NCBI GenBank assembly: GCA_000165345.1
Contig: CM000436.1
Location: forward strand, 32,001-96,000
Direction of reading: 5' to 3'
Length of the DNA: 64,000 nucleotides
How positions within the stretch are numbered: the stretch's first letter is position 1; every line of letters begins with the position of its first letter. The notes beneath the pieces were generated by a model that was not told the DNA's origin, searched no databases, and saw only the letters and a program-made list of their open reading frames with translations. The translations under genes were made by a program, and so were the position numbers. Below are positions 20,701 through 29,600 of the stretch, piece by piece.

Positions 20701-22194
20701 GAGCTCAAAAAACTCCTTGTTAAGCTTCCAAATCCAGTTGGTGGATTCTGAATATGAAACAAGTTCAAGAATACATTCCAGAGATATTCTTGGTGAAATT
20801 TTAGCAATTGGGTTAAGAAATTGCTCAAATTTGGTCCATACAACCTTTCCAGTATGTTCTAGCGCATTATTCTGTATGTATGAACTATCTTGAATATATG
20901 ATAGGACTATTACAAGAACTTTCTTGAGAATTTGAGTCCAAAGAAAGACCCAATGGTTATTAGTGAGCCATTGAAGGTTTTCAGTGATATGCTTCCTGAT
21001 AAAATGAGTTTGCAAATGTTCAAGAATAAGACTCCAGACACGCTCTAATTGAGATATAGTTGGGGTCTTTTGCAAAGTATGAGAGTCAATGATCTTGAGA
21101 ATTGAGCTACACAAGATGATTCTGAAATACTCTCCCTGTATAGGATAAGATCCAAGCCCATAAGAGGAAAACTGAATATTGGTGAGCCCTGAAATGTAGC
21201 TAATAGAGTCATAAAGCTCCGAATCCTTCTTAGAAGACGAGAATTGTGAGATTGTTGAGTTAGCAAGCAAACAGGAAATTGATTCTATCAAACCAGAAGT
21301 TTTTAAAGTGAAATTTTGGCTGGAACTTAGAGATGAAGATGTATTTACAATAAGTTGAAGTACTTCTTGCTTTCTGGTATTTGCGAGTTTTGGTTGCTGT
21401 ATTAGAATTACAGTAATAGATTGCATTGTACGCTCTAAATTAAAAGAATCATCAAATTCAAGTAAAATTCTTACTCCTGGAATGAGAGTATTTAGAAGCT
21501 GATCAGAAAGTGAGTATCCTGGGACACCTAAAGATAATACTGAAAGTAAACACTCATTTGCAGCATCTCTCATGCTTGTATCTACATGTATTAGAAGTTG
21601 AGGAAGACATCTAATCAGCCCAGGAAAGTGCTTTCTTGTTTCCAGGATCTCAAGCCTAAGGAGGGTTTGAACTATATATAAGGAATTGATTACATGGCTT
21701 GGTTGTATTTCTCTGGCTTGAGAACTGGTAATATCTAATATATTGCCACCATCTAATTTTGTACTAGATTCATTATCATTGTCGAATTGTGTTTGCCCAG
21801 ATTGTTGCTGTTCTATTCCAATGTTGTGATGTTTAAGCTTAGTTAAATCCATATCTTGAAGCTCAGTACCCGTAAATCTGTATAATATTAACATTGTCTC
21901 TTCAAGCAATCTACCGACGGATAGCTTTACATAACTATTTGTAAGTGAATAAAGATTCATCAACCACCTGAGTGCTAAAGCAGGGGGATTTGACTGTATA
22001 AATTGGGTAATCAGATACTCAAGTTGGATTATTGATGAATTTCTAAAGCCTTCCTCCAACATTGGTACTGTGTGGCTTAACCCACTTAGTTCTTTCATCA
22101 CCTCCCACCATTGCTCATTTGAGAGGACTCTAGGCGGAATTGTTGGACATAATAAGTACAATCCAGAAACATGGTTTCTGTACTTTTCCTCCAT
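14740..22194 (-). CDS. Giant hypothetical protein (2484 aa), probably an alpha-helical-repeat scaffold; no recognisable catalytic motif
   Basis: The ORF is an uninterrupted 7.4 kb. The composition is N/I/L/S-rich with regularly spaced hydrophobic helices throughout and no recognisable catalytic motif. An E2F-like box lies about 75 bp upstream. Confidence 0.7.
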   Translation of the reverse strand: MEEKYRNHVSGLYLLCPTIPPRVLSNEQWWEVMKELSGLSHTVPMLEEGFRNSSIIQLEYLITQFIQSNPPALALRWLMNLYSLTNSYVKLSVGRLLEETMLILYRFTGTELQDMDLTKLKHHNIGIEQQQSGQTQFDNDNESSTKLDGGNILDITSSQAREIQPSHVINSLYIVQTLLRLEILETRKHFPGLIRCLPQLLIHVDTSMRDAANECLLSVLSLGVPGYSLSDQLLNTLIPGVRILLEFDDSFNLERTMQSITVILIQQPKLANTRKQEVLQLIVNTSSSLSSSQNFTLKTSGLIESISCLLANSTISQFSSSKKDSELYDSISYISGLTNIQFSSYGLGSYPIQGEYFRIILCSSILKIIDSHTLQKTPTISQLERVWSLILEHLQTHFIRKHITENLQWLTNNHWVFLWTQILKKVLVIVLSYIQDSSYIQNNALEHTGKVVWTKFEQFLNPIAKISPRISLECILELVSYSESTNWIWKLNKEFFELFLRWIFQISLTENFEIPLTSYLSGYVSAILISQYYFPRNNHHNDLLLVENIESILLNSISFTKEKIPIGQSETNNTEFHEALLHNSHFLIGISNSCSNPLITIGILNHIIYYLVESPEIQIFSDPTNSDEKLFIFNNIFLLIQNLLTNILYLNKYKNNDIDSIATTLVSKLYLLVPIWKSILSNYTIEKIVVVIESLTESCERLQLLMESNESETWTIFDDEKENPVILLFKDLKRWLALLWTTIESFHLYIELLEMLNQNEKSHTENNKLEKFLMKACFSIIECLLPFIPLSWTKFFPETNNDFSASEINPELGSILCSPSSSLEDVGEYLRNSSFSKDTINPPSGTKSNDHMKVFLQTIEKFIFPFIGDQNCFSKSVHISALIMSLKLSVYKQLNKSLFSYINHPPISNRSLAMLISDVASDQILMLDLKVPSEVFPSTNLSNINEIKKYNNISIALFSNNDILSLPKYNSYITTQNDYNTTSRLGLMESMLPHSEFASLINQKMVTSNQQLEVYFRKETAQLLSNIISESHFLDQNNLFSHETIKTIFRILLKRSIHVDKFWSSVPSESQYYQQENSNVKIQNLFPFYNDLSPSLFMIAQKGLVSSPNNVSILPLLSIIWLFKDISEKIITKLNMFVSNNSSQIDQEHLKLINNSQDFLFHIFSFLIKFLFGYRYRDLKQQINYQSQNNGKKLPPRIKSCIIRYYTLNLLAYLLSYLHNNKSIFSHYYYAKQKLEYLISWSNYSLSRTNRSSEDSDSLTDLYFLFSILKSKIKNMDQDLSHIIEVFLKDHFNGNISEKNKFFIYRVRKDINFQNNFIEVESDKHFGFEIDSSRYQLTLKSISILNYFGEYLCFYSLRELMNIEIFNHLIELVHNNFMIFLKYPKSFEDLKQPKTNNYTNFNVLMCVSLSLIFHSRLHEISFIDYYGTLYIPNTCKIFFYQDGFLSSLWKFIKNIYFSSNIFSETHSLEILAQEPLKRMPYLNLLGLLIINSSFILRQTKVLEELSTQDYVLILNQDEKLIIILIEWILKNYLIHNEISLSFLKSALKAMKPWKINSILIKAIKYLSKEPENIDFNQSNSINEISKFLLDENNSFNLSTFILYIQLKPFIFTKRDSSEEEFDSNEDQLRSILGVRFIINLDIIEKICETIQARIVQVSTFDSLLTQEMIAYSFWNFNKENLGIEASDLYLLGEVNKFIFKILSLILGCFETYIANLMYIESCILNRILSILKSIISLIPVSSQKISISKFSTTLNKMMVMLLNFGSKNPENSIIINILEFFIQIYSSLSNEFKERIWNTILENTNKQLDKSSSELSHSHLYLLYKLTETAGFENQCLSQKNEQDLILICGKTLDIMINSQDIELCLIRYFAYIGFFMINSIENIHHKIKNDEIREVFNFENLQILIQNIIKKNHTPTFTEKIHYIPSLVSIWNSINYSTDFTEIVVELLVYFYSSRSNKSSLQNVIFFLETVSSLRWFLLDKKVLFSSLRQDLHLDFQTLSIRYFENEISKLEKEGVNDDIVMLNKPPNFTKFVGMIYLFFLDIFRVEKDLNLEEDTILEGTCNQLVYLRVYQLIHELIVLESFGDDQIQLEMVIKSNQNLLLIHKGISLKSFGSDSSAKERISKESYELIMNNMRFLIGKRHFSVLIYTHINWIEDEIRSSIINFGLECLEMDYYINLIDMLCEILIEIHGLRKEIQIENEDDKTMIEKVTKVIFRIFKYQLYSQIYSHPSYFELFKNFTRDHKICENEDQIQIPDFSIILRHHKKLEIMSLNKLEELLEKSNEFNHQVFDLLVLSLLPYNYTYNLEYGNARNLVNTRLFKSWDILRNLVLNETRKKADFSLEIGKSSLIIKIKTFLNKYLEILKKLNQDDFSIVLPSSSVVTWFQALFEQEGREIIEQVENCLSDNELKQVEYEFSKWINMGDFYLPTGHQEISIELLSKLIIYQEDETKQGNSGKKEWKNICVASIKELEKEIEEILESIN

Positions 22195-22266
22195 CTATTG
22201 AGTTTATATTTCTCTATTTAGACTCGTTCAATTTTAAGAGCCTATTTTTTGACCTTTTGAATTGAG

Positions 22267-22276
22267 TTTTGGCGCT
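22267..22276. promoter_or_regulatory. E2F-like box TTTTGGCGC upstream of the giant gene
   Basis: The sequence is gttttggcgctaa, about 75 bp upstream of the ATG at 22194 (minus strand). Confidence 0.4.
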
Positions 22277-22525
22277 AAGACCAGTTAGAAGCGTTATATT
22301 GGAGGGGGAGTTTAGCATTAATAGAAATAGAATATGATAATTTAAGAGATAATAAGAATTAGAAGAGTTTTTGACTTGATGACTTATTTAGGATTCCAAA
22401 ATTTAAGCCAATATAAAATCTCGAATACTAGAGTTTCTCAAACATGATCTAGGAAATTTGGTGATTTGATATTTGTTTGGATTGAGCGAAAAATAAAACT
22501 TAAATATAAAGAATAAAAACTAGAA

Positions 22526-22544
22526 ATATATATATATATATATC
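22526..22544. repeat. (AT)n microsatellite
   Basis: An atatatatatatatatat run. Confidence 0.8.
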
Positions 22545-22582
22545 TAATAGTATTATTGTACGTTTTTATGAATGCGAGTTTC

Positions 22583-25096
22583 TTAGAATTTCTGAAAGTT
22601 TTTTACAAAGTCAAAGAAATAGTTTCTCTTTAAGTTTAAATTTTGGATTTCCTTCATTTGGTCAGGAGAAAGGGAGAACTCTTCCTGATCTGAAAGCTCC
22701 AAATCTGCCTCAATTGCCTTATTCAACATCCAGCTATTGTTTCTTTTTTTTCTTAGAATAGAGTGTCCAAGACCTTCAATTTCATTTGCAAGTTCTAAAC
22801 GTTGCTGTACATGCGATACTTGTGATGATAGTAAACCTTGAAGCTCATCTGGAATTCCGACGGATTCAAAGCTTAAGGAAATTGCTTTAAGATGTTTGGA
22901 ATATGCAGGAACATCTTTTGGAGTACAGAAAAGAACACATTCGCCTTGTCTGGAAGCTCTAGCAGTTCTTCCACTTCTGTGAATCATAAGTGAGATATTT
23001 CTTGGGGCTTGGAGGTGGACAACAACATCTACTTCTGGGATATCAAGACCTCTTGCTAAGACGTCTGTACATATAAGAATAGCAGAGTTAGATGATTTAA
23101 ACGATTCAATAGCTTGAATTCTCTGTTTTTGAGAGAGATTGCCATGTATTCCAATGATCTTGAGTGATTTTTCGTTACAAGCCTTACTACACTTTTTTCT
23201 TTTTTTTGGGCCAGGAAGCTCCTTTTCATGAGTATCTTTGCAAACAAGAACCAAAGATAAAAGAGGAGCTAGTCTATATACATATGATATGGAATTGACA
23301 AAGACTAGTATTTTCCCATTTTCAATATAACTTGGACAGAGAGAGCATTGCTGATTTCCTGCCTTGGTATCCCATATTGGAGCAAAGTATTTGAGTAGGT
23401 ATAAAACTAATCTCATTTCAAGTTCATCGCTTTCACATTTAATCATTGAAATTTTGAGTCCTTTTGGAAGCTGTATAATTCCATTTGGTTGGCTCATAGT
23501 TTGGACCTGCTCTCCATTTTCATCCAATAAAGACTTTGTCTTGAACCTGGATAAATCTATTATGAATAGCTGATTCTCCCTAAGTTTTACATACTGCATA
23601 ATACTCTGCATTGCTTTATTGGAATTTTCTGGCATTATAGATGTAACTTTATTATCTTGAATATCTTTTTTACCTTTTGATTGTTTACCTGTGTTTCTTG
23701 TATTAAGCTTAGAAAATCTTGGATGTAAGTGATTTGGCAGAGTCAGAGTAGCTGAAAATAAGTAGTTTTGAATCTTCCTGGGAGTTTTACTCTCCTTATT
23801 ATCAGAATAAATAAGCTGAAGAATTTGCTTTAATTCTCTAAAATGTCCCTGTTCGATTAGTCTATCAGCTTCGTCAAGTACCAAGAATCTTAGTTCATCA
23901 ATTGATAACGTTGTATTAACTTGTTTTCTAGAAGCTTCTCTTTCATCTCCAAACAAAGTTTCGTTCTCGTATTCCCCAAAAATTAAAGCAGATAGCCTTC
24001 CGGGGGTTCCAACAGCAACTTGTACTCTATTTGTTGCTATTAACCTTTCCTGTTTCTCTAAAGAAAGTCCTCCAACAAAAGCATGAATACCAAGACCTGT
24101 ATATTTACCTAAAGCTCTAAGATGATCCCTTACTTGAATGGCAAGTTCTCTACTTGGAAGTACAATGAGTGCTTGAAGAGCTTGATCAGATTTAAACGAA
24201 TTATTCTTTGAAACTTTACTATCTATATTTGACACACTTGTCATTTTAAATCCCATTCTCTCAAGTTCTTTGAAGCCTTCATCTTCCTCTATACCTAATT
24301 GGATATCTGGTTCTTCAAAGCCATCATCATATTCCTTAAGAGATTTTTGTTCAAGCTTTTCTCTTCTTCTTTGAGCTGAAAACATTATGTTTGCAATAAT
24401 TGGAATTCCATACGCTAAAGTTTTACCAGAACCTGTTTCTGCTGCTCCGACTATATCTTTTCTATCCCTGATTGCAGGAACCAAACATGCAGCTTGAATT
24501 GGGGTTGGGTTTAAAAACCCTAGCTCTGATAATCCTTTTAAAATGCTTGGGTGGATAACTAAATCTGGGGACTTTAGCTCTTCCATTTCTTCAGAAGATA
24601 ATTTTTTGCTCATGTTTTTAGTAGATTCATCAATAATATTTGTCCAGTTTGATAATTTTTGCTTTAAGTCATAGTATTCTTCCCAATATTCTTCTGGATC
24701 GAGGATCTGGTCATTCTGTTTAGAACTTATTTTCTGAGTCTTATTATTAATTTCTTTGTTTTCAATTAATGATTTTTTAGCTTTTTTCTGCTTCTTCGTA
24801 ATACTATCTGAGAGCTCAACCTCGCCTTTATTAATGTCTTTATTGGCTCTCTTTTTAGATTTCTTAACTTTACTAGGCTTCTCAACCCCCATTTTACTTT
24901 TATTAAAGTCAGAGTTTGATGTTAAGTTATTATCCTTTCCCAACTCATAAAAAGAAATATCAGTTGGGTCTGAAATTTCTTCAATCATGCTTACTCCATA
25001 TTTTGTGAATTCCGACAATAAGTCACTGCCTAACTCTACCTCCTTCCATTTCAGTCCTTTAGCACCCCCTCGGCTCTTATTCTTTGCAGACTTCAT
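22583..25096 (-). CDS. DEAD-box ATP-dependent RNA helicase, DDX24/Mak5-like (ribosome biogenesis type)
   Basis: Helicase motifs are the Q-motif GFLNPTPIQAACLVPAI, motif I AETGSGKTLAYGIPI, Ia PSRELA, II VLDEADRL, III SAT and VI HRSGRTAR. Lysine-rich N-terminal and internal insertions are typical of DDX24/Mak5. Confidence 0.85.
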   Translation of the reverse strand: MKSAKNKSRGGAKGLKWKEVELGSDLLSEFTKYGVSMIEEISDPTDISFYELGKDNNLTSNSDFNKSKMGVEKPSKVKKSKKRANKDINKGEVELSDSITKKQKKAKKSLIENKEINNKTQKISSKQNDQILDPEEYWEEYYDLKQKLSNWTNIIDESTKNMSKKLSSEEMEELKSPDLVIHPSILKGLSELGFLNPTPIQAACLVPAIRDRKDIVGAAETGSGKTLAYGIPIIANIMFSAQRRREKLEQKSLKEYDDGFEEPDIQLGIEEDEGFKELERMGFKMTSVSNIDSKVSKNNSFKSDQALQALIVLPSRELAIQVRDHLRALGKYTGLGIHAFVGGLSLEKQERLIATNRVQVAVGTPGRLSALIFGEYENETLFGDEREASRKQVNTTLSIDELRFLVLDEADRLIEQGHFRELKQILQLIYSDNKESKTPRKIQNYLFSATLTLPNHLHPRFSKLNTRNTGKQSKGKKDIQDNKVTSIMPENSNKAMQSIMQYVKLRENQLFIIDLSRFKTKSLLDENGEQVQTMSQPNGIIQLPKGLKISMIKCESDELEMRLVLYLLKYFAPIWDTKAGNQQCSLCPSYIENGKILVFVNSISYVYRLAPLLSLVLVCKDTHEKELPGPKKRKKCSKACNEKSLKIIGIHGNLSQKQRIQAIESFKSSNSAILICTDVLARGLDIPEVDVVVHLQAPRNISLMIHRSGRTARASRQGECVLFCTPKDVPAYSKHLKAISLSFESVGIPDELQGLLSSQVSHVQQRLELANEIEGLGHSILRKKRNNSWMLNKAIEADLELSDQEEFSLSPDQMKEIQNLNLKRNYFFDFVKNFQKF

Positions 25097-25214
25097 CTTT
25101 AATAATTAAAGGGATGGCTAATCCATCTAACAATTCTTTTGGTTCTATGCTTCCACTATTTTCCTCTTCTTTTCTTGACATTTTATAATTAAATCTATTT
25201 TTCGGTACCAATTC

Positions 25215-25236
25215 AGGCGCCAATAGTTGTGGCGCC
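25215..25236. promoter_or_regulatory. Inverted pair of E2F-like boxes (AGGCGCCAA ... TTGTGGCGCC) between the helicase gene start and the U1 snRNA gene
   Basis: The sequence is read directly. A TATA-like tcatttaaaatg element lies about 30 nt upstream of the U1 5' end. Confidence 0.4.
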
Positions 25237-25299
25237 TGTCGATGCCCATCATAAAACTGTGCTCATTTAAAATGAATAGAATTCTGAGGTTGGAAGTTT

Positions 25300-25458
25300 A
25301 AACTTACCTGGCCGGCGCTCGGGGTCGCTCAAGAATGACCCTGTCGTAATCCTGAGCAGGGCATTGCACTCCGCTGTCTGTGAAGGGTTATGGATTGATC
25401 AATGATCAATTCCAACGGCGAAATTTCTGGCAGCGGCGACCACGCCGGTGGTCGCCAA
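25300..25458 (+). ncRNA. U1: U1 spliceosomal snRNA
   Basis: The 5' end AAACUUACCUGGC is the 5' splice-site recognition sequence. The stem-loop 1 loop is GCUCAAGAAU and the stem-loop 2 loop AUUGCACUCC is the U1A-binding consensus. The Sm site is AAUUUCUGG. A terminal perfect hairpin GGCGACCAC-GCCG-GUGGUCGCC follows. The locus is GC-rich relative to its flanks. Confidence 0.85.
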
Positions 25459-25648
25459 CCAATAAACCAATGTATCACTAAGACCTAAGCTTTTGTGCCT
25501 TTTTGTCCCTAGTATGTTTGCGTTGTTGTAGGTACCTGCTTTTAGTAGTTTTCTGCCCTTGGTGGCGTGCGGTGGACGGTAGACTACAGTTGGGGGAGGG
25601 GGTAGGAAGGTTAGTCTATACTACTTACTACGGGGCTAAGCTACTTCA

Positions 25649-26063
25649 CTAGTCGTTCTTTTTGTCAGATGGCGAGTCCGAATTCTCGTCGGATGATTTA
25701 TTGGCTTCATTGAGGAACTCCTCGAACTTTGGAATGTACCTGTTGGGAAAACAAAAGAAGTAAATAATCACAGGGAATGAGTCTATCGAAGAACTTGCAG
25801 AAAATGAGAGAAACTTACCAGAAGATTAGTCCTGAAAAGATAACCAATAACACGGCCAAAGATAATAAGAGTTTAAGATGCAACATCTCATTGTATTGAT
25901 ACGCAATATAAGACGTTGTGAAAGAAACTAATGCCAAAAATAAACAAGTAAAATTGAGAATCTTAAGAATGAGTTTCTGGTCAATACCAAATACAGCCTC
26001 GATGAATTCTGCGACTCCACTGTCGCTAACGGAGTTTGTCTGTTTCTGCTCGCTTACTTCCAT
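25649..26063 (-). CDS. Small two-TM membrane protein (about 110 aa) with C-terminal dilysine KKXX (..DKKND); 2 exons
   Basis: Exon 1 is 25819..26063 and exon 2 is 25649..25739. The 79-nt intron (25740..25818) has GTAAGT...AACAG boundaries. Splicing removes the in-frame stop and extends the ORF by YIPKFEEFLNEANKSSDENSDSPSDKKND*. Two hydrophobic helices are present. A VMA21-like ER membrane protein is possible but unproven. Confidence 0.45.
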
Positions 26064-26124
26064 TTTTTAAAAAATTTCTCGCTATTAGTCTAACAGTGTA
26101 CTTTGCATTCTGACACTCAAGAGA

Positions 26125-26146
26125 TTCCCGCCATTTTGTTTGGCGG
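26125..26146. promoter_or_regulatory. Paired E2F-like boxes (TTCCCGCCA and TTTGGCGG) in the divergent promoter
   Basis: The sequence is attcccgccattttgtttggcgg. Confidence 0.45.
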
Positions 26147-26672
26147 TAGCTAAGGTTGGAGCAATGGGTAATTACTATATTTGCATGCACATGCATTACT
26201 TGAGAGGAATAGATAGGAAATACATGCAAATCTTACAATTTGACACGCATTAGTAGTTTTGTAGAGTTTATTTAGAATAGAAAAAAATCAAGCTATATTT
26301 AAGTGAGTAATTCTCTGGATGATGTGGACGATTAAGAAAATAAAAGGGAGTGAATAGAAAACGGTAGATGTGTATAATTAATTCATAAAATGAATGAGAT
26401 AATGTATAATTTTGCTAGTAATTTTGGTATCAAGTTTCCAGAATAATTAAAAAATACAAGAAATATTGATATTAAAAAATGTCCACTTAAATAGACAAAA
26501 GAAGCCAAAGCTATTTATGCGTACTGTGGGGTTTCAAAAGAGGAGGTGGGATATGTCAAAGCAAAAAAAAAGGAAAATATATGAATATATGTATATATAT
26601 ATTTATATATATAAATAATTAAATATATAAATTTAGGAGAGGGAATACAAGGTTGTATGATAAGAAAGAAAG

Positions 26673-29600
26673 ATGTTGGTAATCAAAGAAGAGGATTACA
26701 ACTCTTTGTGGGCAGAACTACAATGGGATGGAGAGAAGTTTGATAAAGTTATGGGATATTTTCGTAAGTATGCAGGATTAGAGGAAGGATTGAGCAGAGA
26801 AAAGCTTTCTAAGTTATTGCTTGACTTAGGAAAAAGCTGTTATACAATTAGAGGAGGTGTGAGCTCAATGACAGAGAGAGGGGACCTATGCTGGATCATG
26901 AGTGGGACTGACATGTTAAGCGGCTCCCAGTTTATGTGTTTGGCAGGACTATTGGATAATTCGACTCCACATTCTACTAGCAGCCCAGCAGGATTGTTAA
27001 GATTGGAAATGATATTTATGTACTATGATAAAGGGAATAAAGGATACTGGAATATGTATGATTGGGAGCTTTTAATGAGAGATATTCAATACCCTGCAAA
27101 GAATGGTGAGAAGTTGGTCCCATATCCACTTGGAGCTGACCAATATATTAACTTTGAAACTTTGAAAAAGTTGGTGGATACAAGAAGGCTTAGAGGTACA
27201 TCTCAACTTTTGAGAGTTTCTTTTGAGTCAGGAAATCCAGAAAGGAAAGAAAACATAGAAATAATTAAAGATAGTAATATTACAGATAAAAAAGTAGATT
27301 CTGAGAACTTAATCTCTAATGTTAACAAGCCATTAAGTGATAATAATACATTTAGTTTGAAAGAAGGTAATGTAGAGTATATTAAATTGAGTGAAAAGAC
27401 AACATATTCACCAATAATCCAAAGTAGAGGTAAACCAGATGAAAAGTTTTCAAACAATGTAAATACCCATAAGTTGCAAGTTTTTTCTCCACGAAAGAAA
27501 GTGGCAGAAAAGAAATCCCCATCTAAAAAAAGGCTTCAAAAACAGAACTCTGGGATTCATGAGGGATTTGACGCGAGCCAAGATACATTGTCTCCTCGAC
27601 CGTTGACTTCTAGAGGGACCTTTTTTGATTATAATACAAAATCTTCAGTTTATCAAGATGGAGTTTCCTCTTATATGTCTAGAATCCCCGTTGTTTCAAA
27701 TGCTCTGGACTCAAATTATACACCAAGGTTAGCATTTAGAGGAAGTGTTGCACCAAATTCTTATTACACAGTAAATGATGGAAGGCAATTTATAGCTAAC
27801 CAAGTAACTCCGTCAGTTGTTCCAAATGCAATTCAGCATATACCTTACCAAATTCCTGTTAATGTATCATATCAGCAAATGCCAATTCAACAATTCATGA
27901 GGCCAACCTCAAATTATATCTCCCCACATATTGCAGCTCAAATAAATAAGGGAGTAATGGAGTCCGGATCTTTGGGCTCACCAATGATGAATTCTTCAAA
28001 TGCTGGAGCTGATGATCGAAGTGGAATGCAAAATTTCAACAAATTTCAAACTTTTGGACAATCACTTCAAAATATGGGTCAGTCAATCATATCCATGATT
28101 CCCAAAGTCTTTTCTGTGCCTAATATTACAGTAGGAGCAGGCAACTATTCTTATGTATCTCAGGATGATATTCAGAAGAGAGGTGGCAAAAGTTTGAATG
28201 ATGGAGTAATTAATCCTCATTTTCAGAGCTCTCCAAAGTCAATTATTAATACAAATGAACAACCGGATACAAATAGTATATATGGTTCAACTAGAAAAGT
28301 AAGTGATAACAGCAATTTCAACATGGGCGGTGAGACTATGAGTAATGGAATGATGCTTCCAAATTTCCACTCTACTTATTCAAATGAGAACTATCCAATG
28401 TCAATAGATTTATCAAAATTGAATGCTGTTACATTACCAGTGATTCCTGAGAGTGGTAGTAATTTCAATTCCTATCAAGTAGGAAAGGCTGGAGGTGAGA
28501 TAGTGATTAAAGAAAGTGCTAATGAGGTAGAGGATGTTAAACTAAACAAAATTATTAGTCATGAAATTAAATCAGAGATAGAAAATGGTACAAAAAAGCC
28601 AATTAGAATTGAGGAAGTAGATCATTTCTTCACTTTTATGGAACAATTACTATATAATGAAATAGTTGGCAGTGCTGGTCTTTTTGATAAGGTATTAGAA
28701 AGCCATGAATCCAACTTCCAACTTTCAGACAAAGAAGAGATGTTGATTGGCCCATTAATGCAGTTAACTACGATGGATCAGTTTGTGTTAACATTTGCAC
28801 TAAACTGCGTAGTTTCACATCAGAATTCTGGTAATTCATATAACCAAAATGAAGGAGTTCTTGGAAATGGGGTTTCAATTGATGTTGTTGGTGAGAAGAT
28901 TAATTCTCTTATAGATCTGTTCCATCGTATCTATAGGATTATGTTTCAGGATTTAAGAAACGAGGTTGAGAGGAATGGCGATGCTATATTGAGTTCAAAT
29001 AGTATAGATGACCAACAAAAGGTTCAAGATAAAGACCCATTTGTTGGATATGGTTTTCTTCCATATATTGTTAAGATGGTATGGGAGAAGGTTAGAGCAG
29101 CTCTAGAGGGAGACTTGGATATTATTGAAACTATTAAGGACATTTGTGTTGTTTATTATCATTATTTGTTGGAGTCGAATGGATCATTTGCCACCGAGAA
29201 TAACTCCGAAGAAAGTTCTCAAGCTCTAAAGTATAGTTCTATCGAGGAAATGATTGAAATTGTTAGGCAAAGATATGTTGTGGCTATGAAGATGTTATCA
29301 CTGAATAATTCTGCCAAGACTAATAGTGCAGAAGCGAAGAAGATTAAGAATCAGGCTTCAGTATTAAGACAAGAACCGGTACCAGATCCATCAATTTCAA
29401 AGATTACTCAGGCTCCTCATTCATTACCTAAACCACAAACTTGTATTGATTATTCTCATCTCCAAAATAAGGGTAAGAGTATTGGGCAGGTACAGAACCA
29501 AATTCGCTATGAAAACCAACTTAGAGGAGAAAATTTCAATTTAATATTGAAGGAAGTTAATAAGAGTGTCTTTGTACCTGTTGCAAAGAGTAGAGTCAGC

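Noticed and set aside
26026-26229. 67-aa minus-strand ORF overlapping the promoter or 5' end of the small membrane-protein gene
   Set aside because: It overlaps the E2F boxes and the 5' region of the better-supported gene, and it has no recognisable features.
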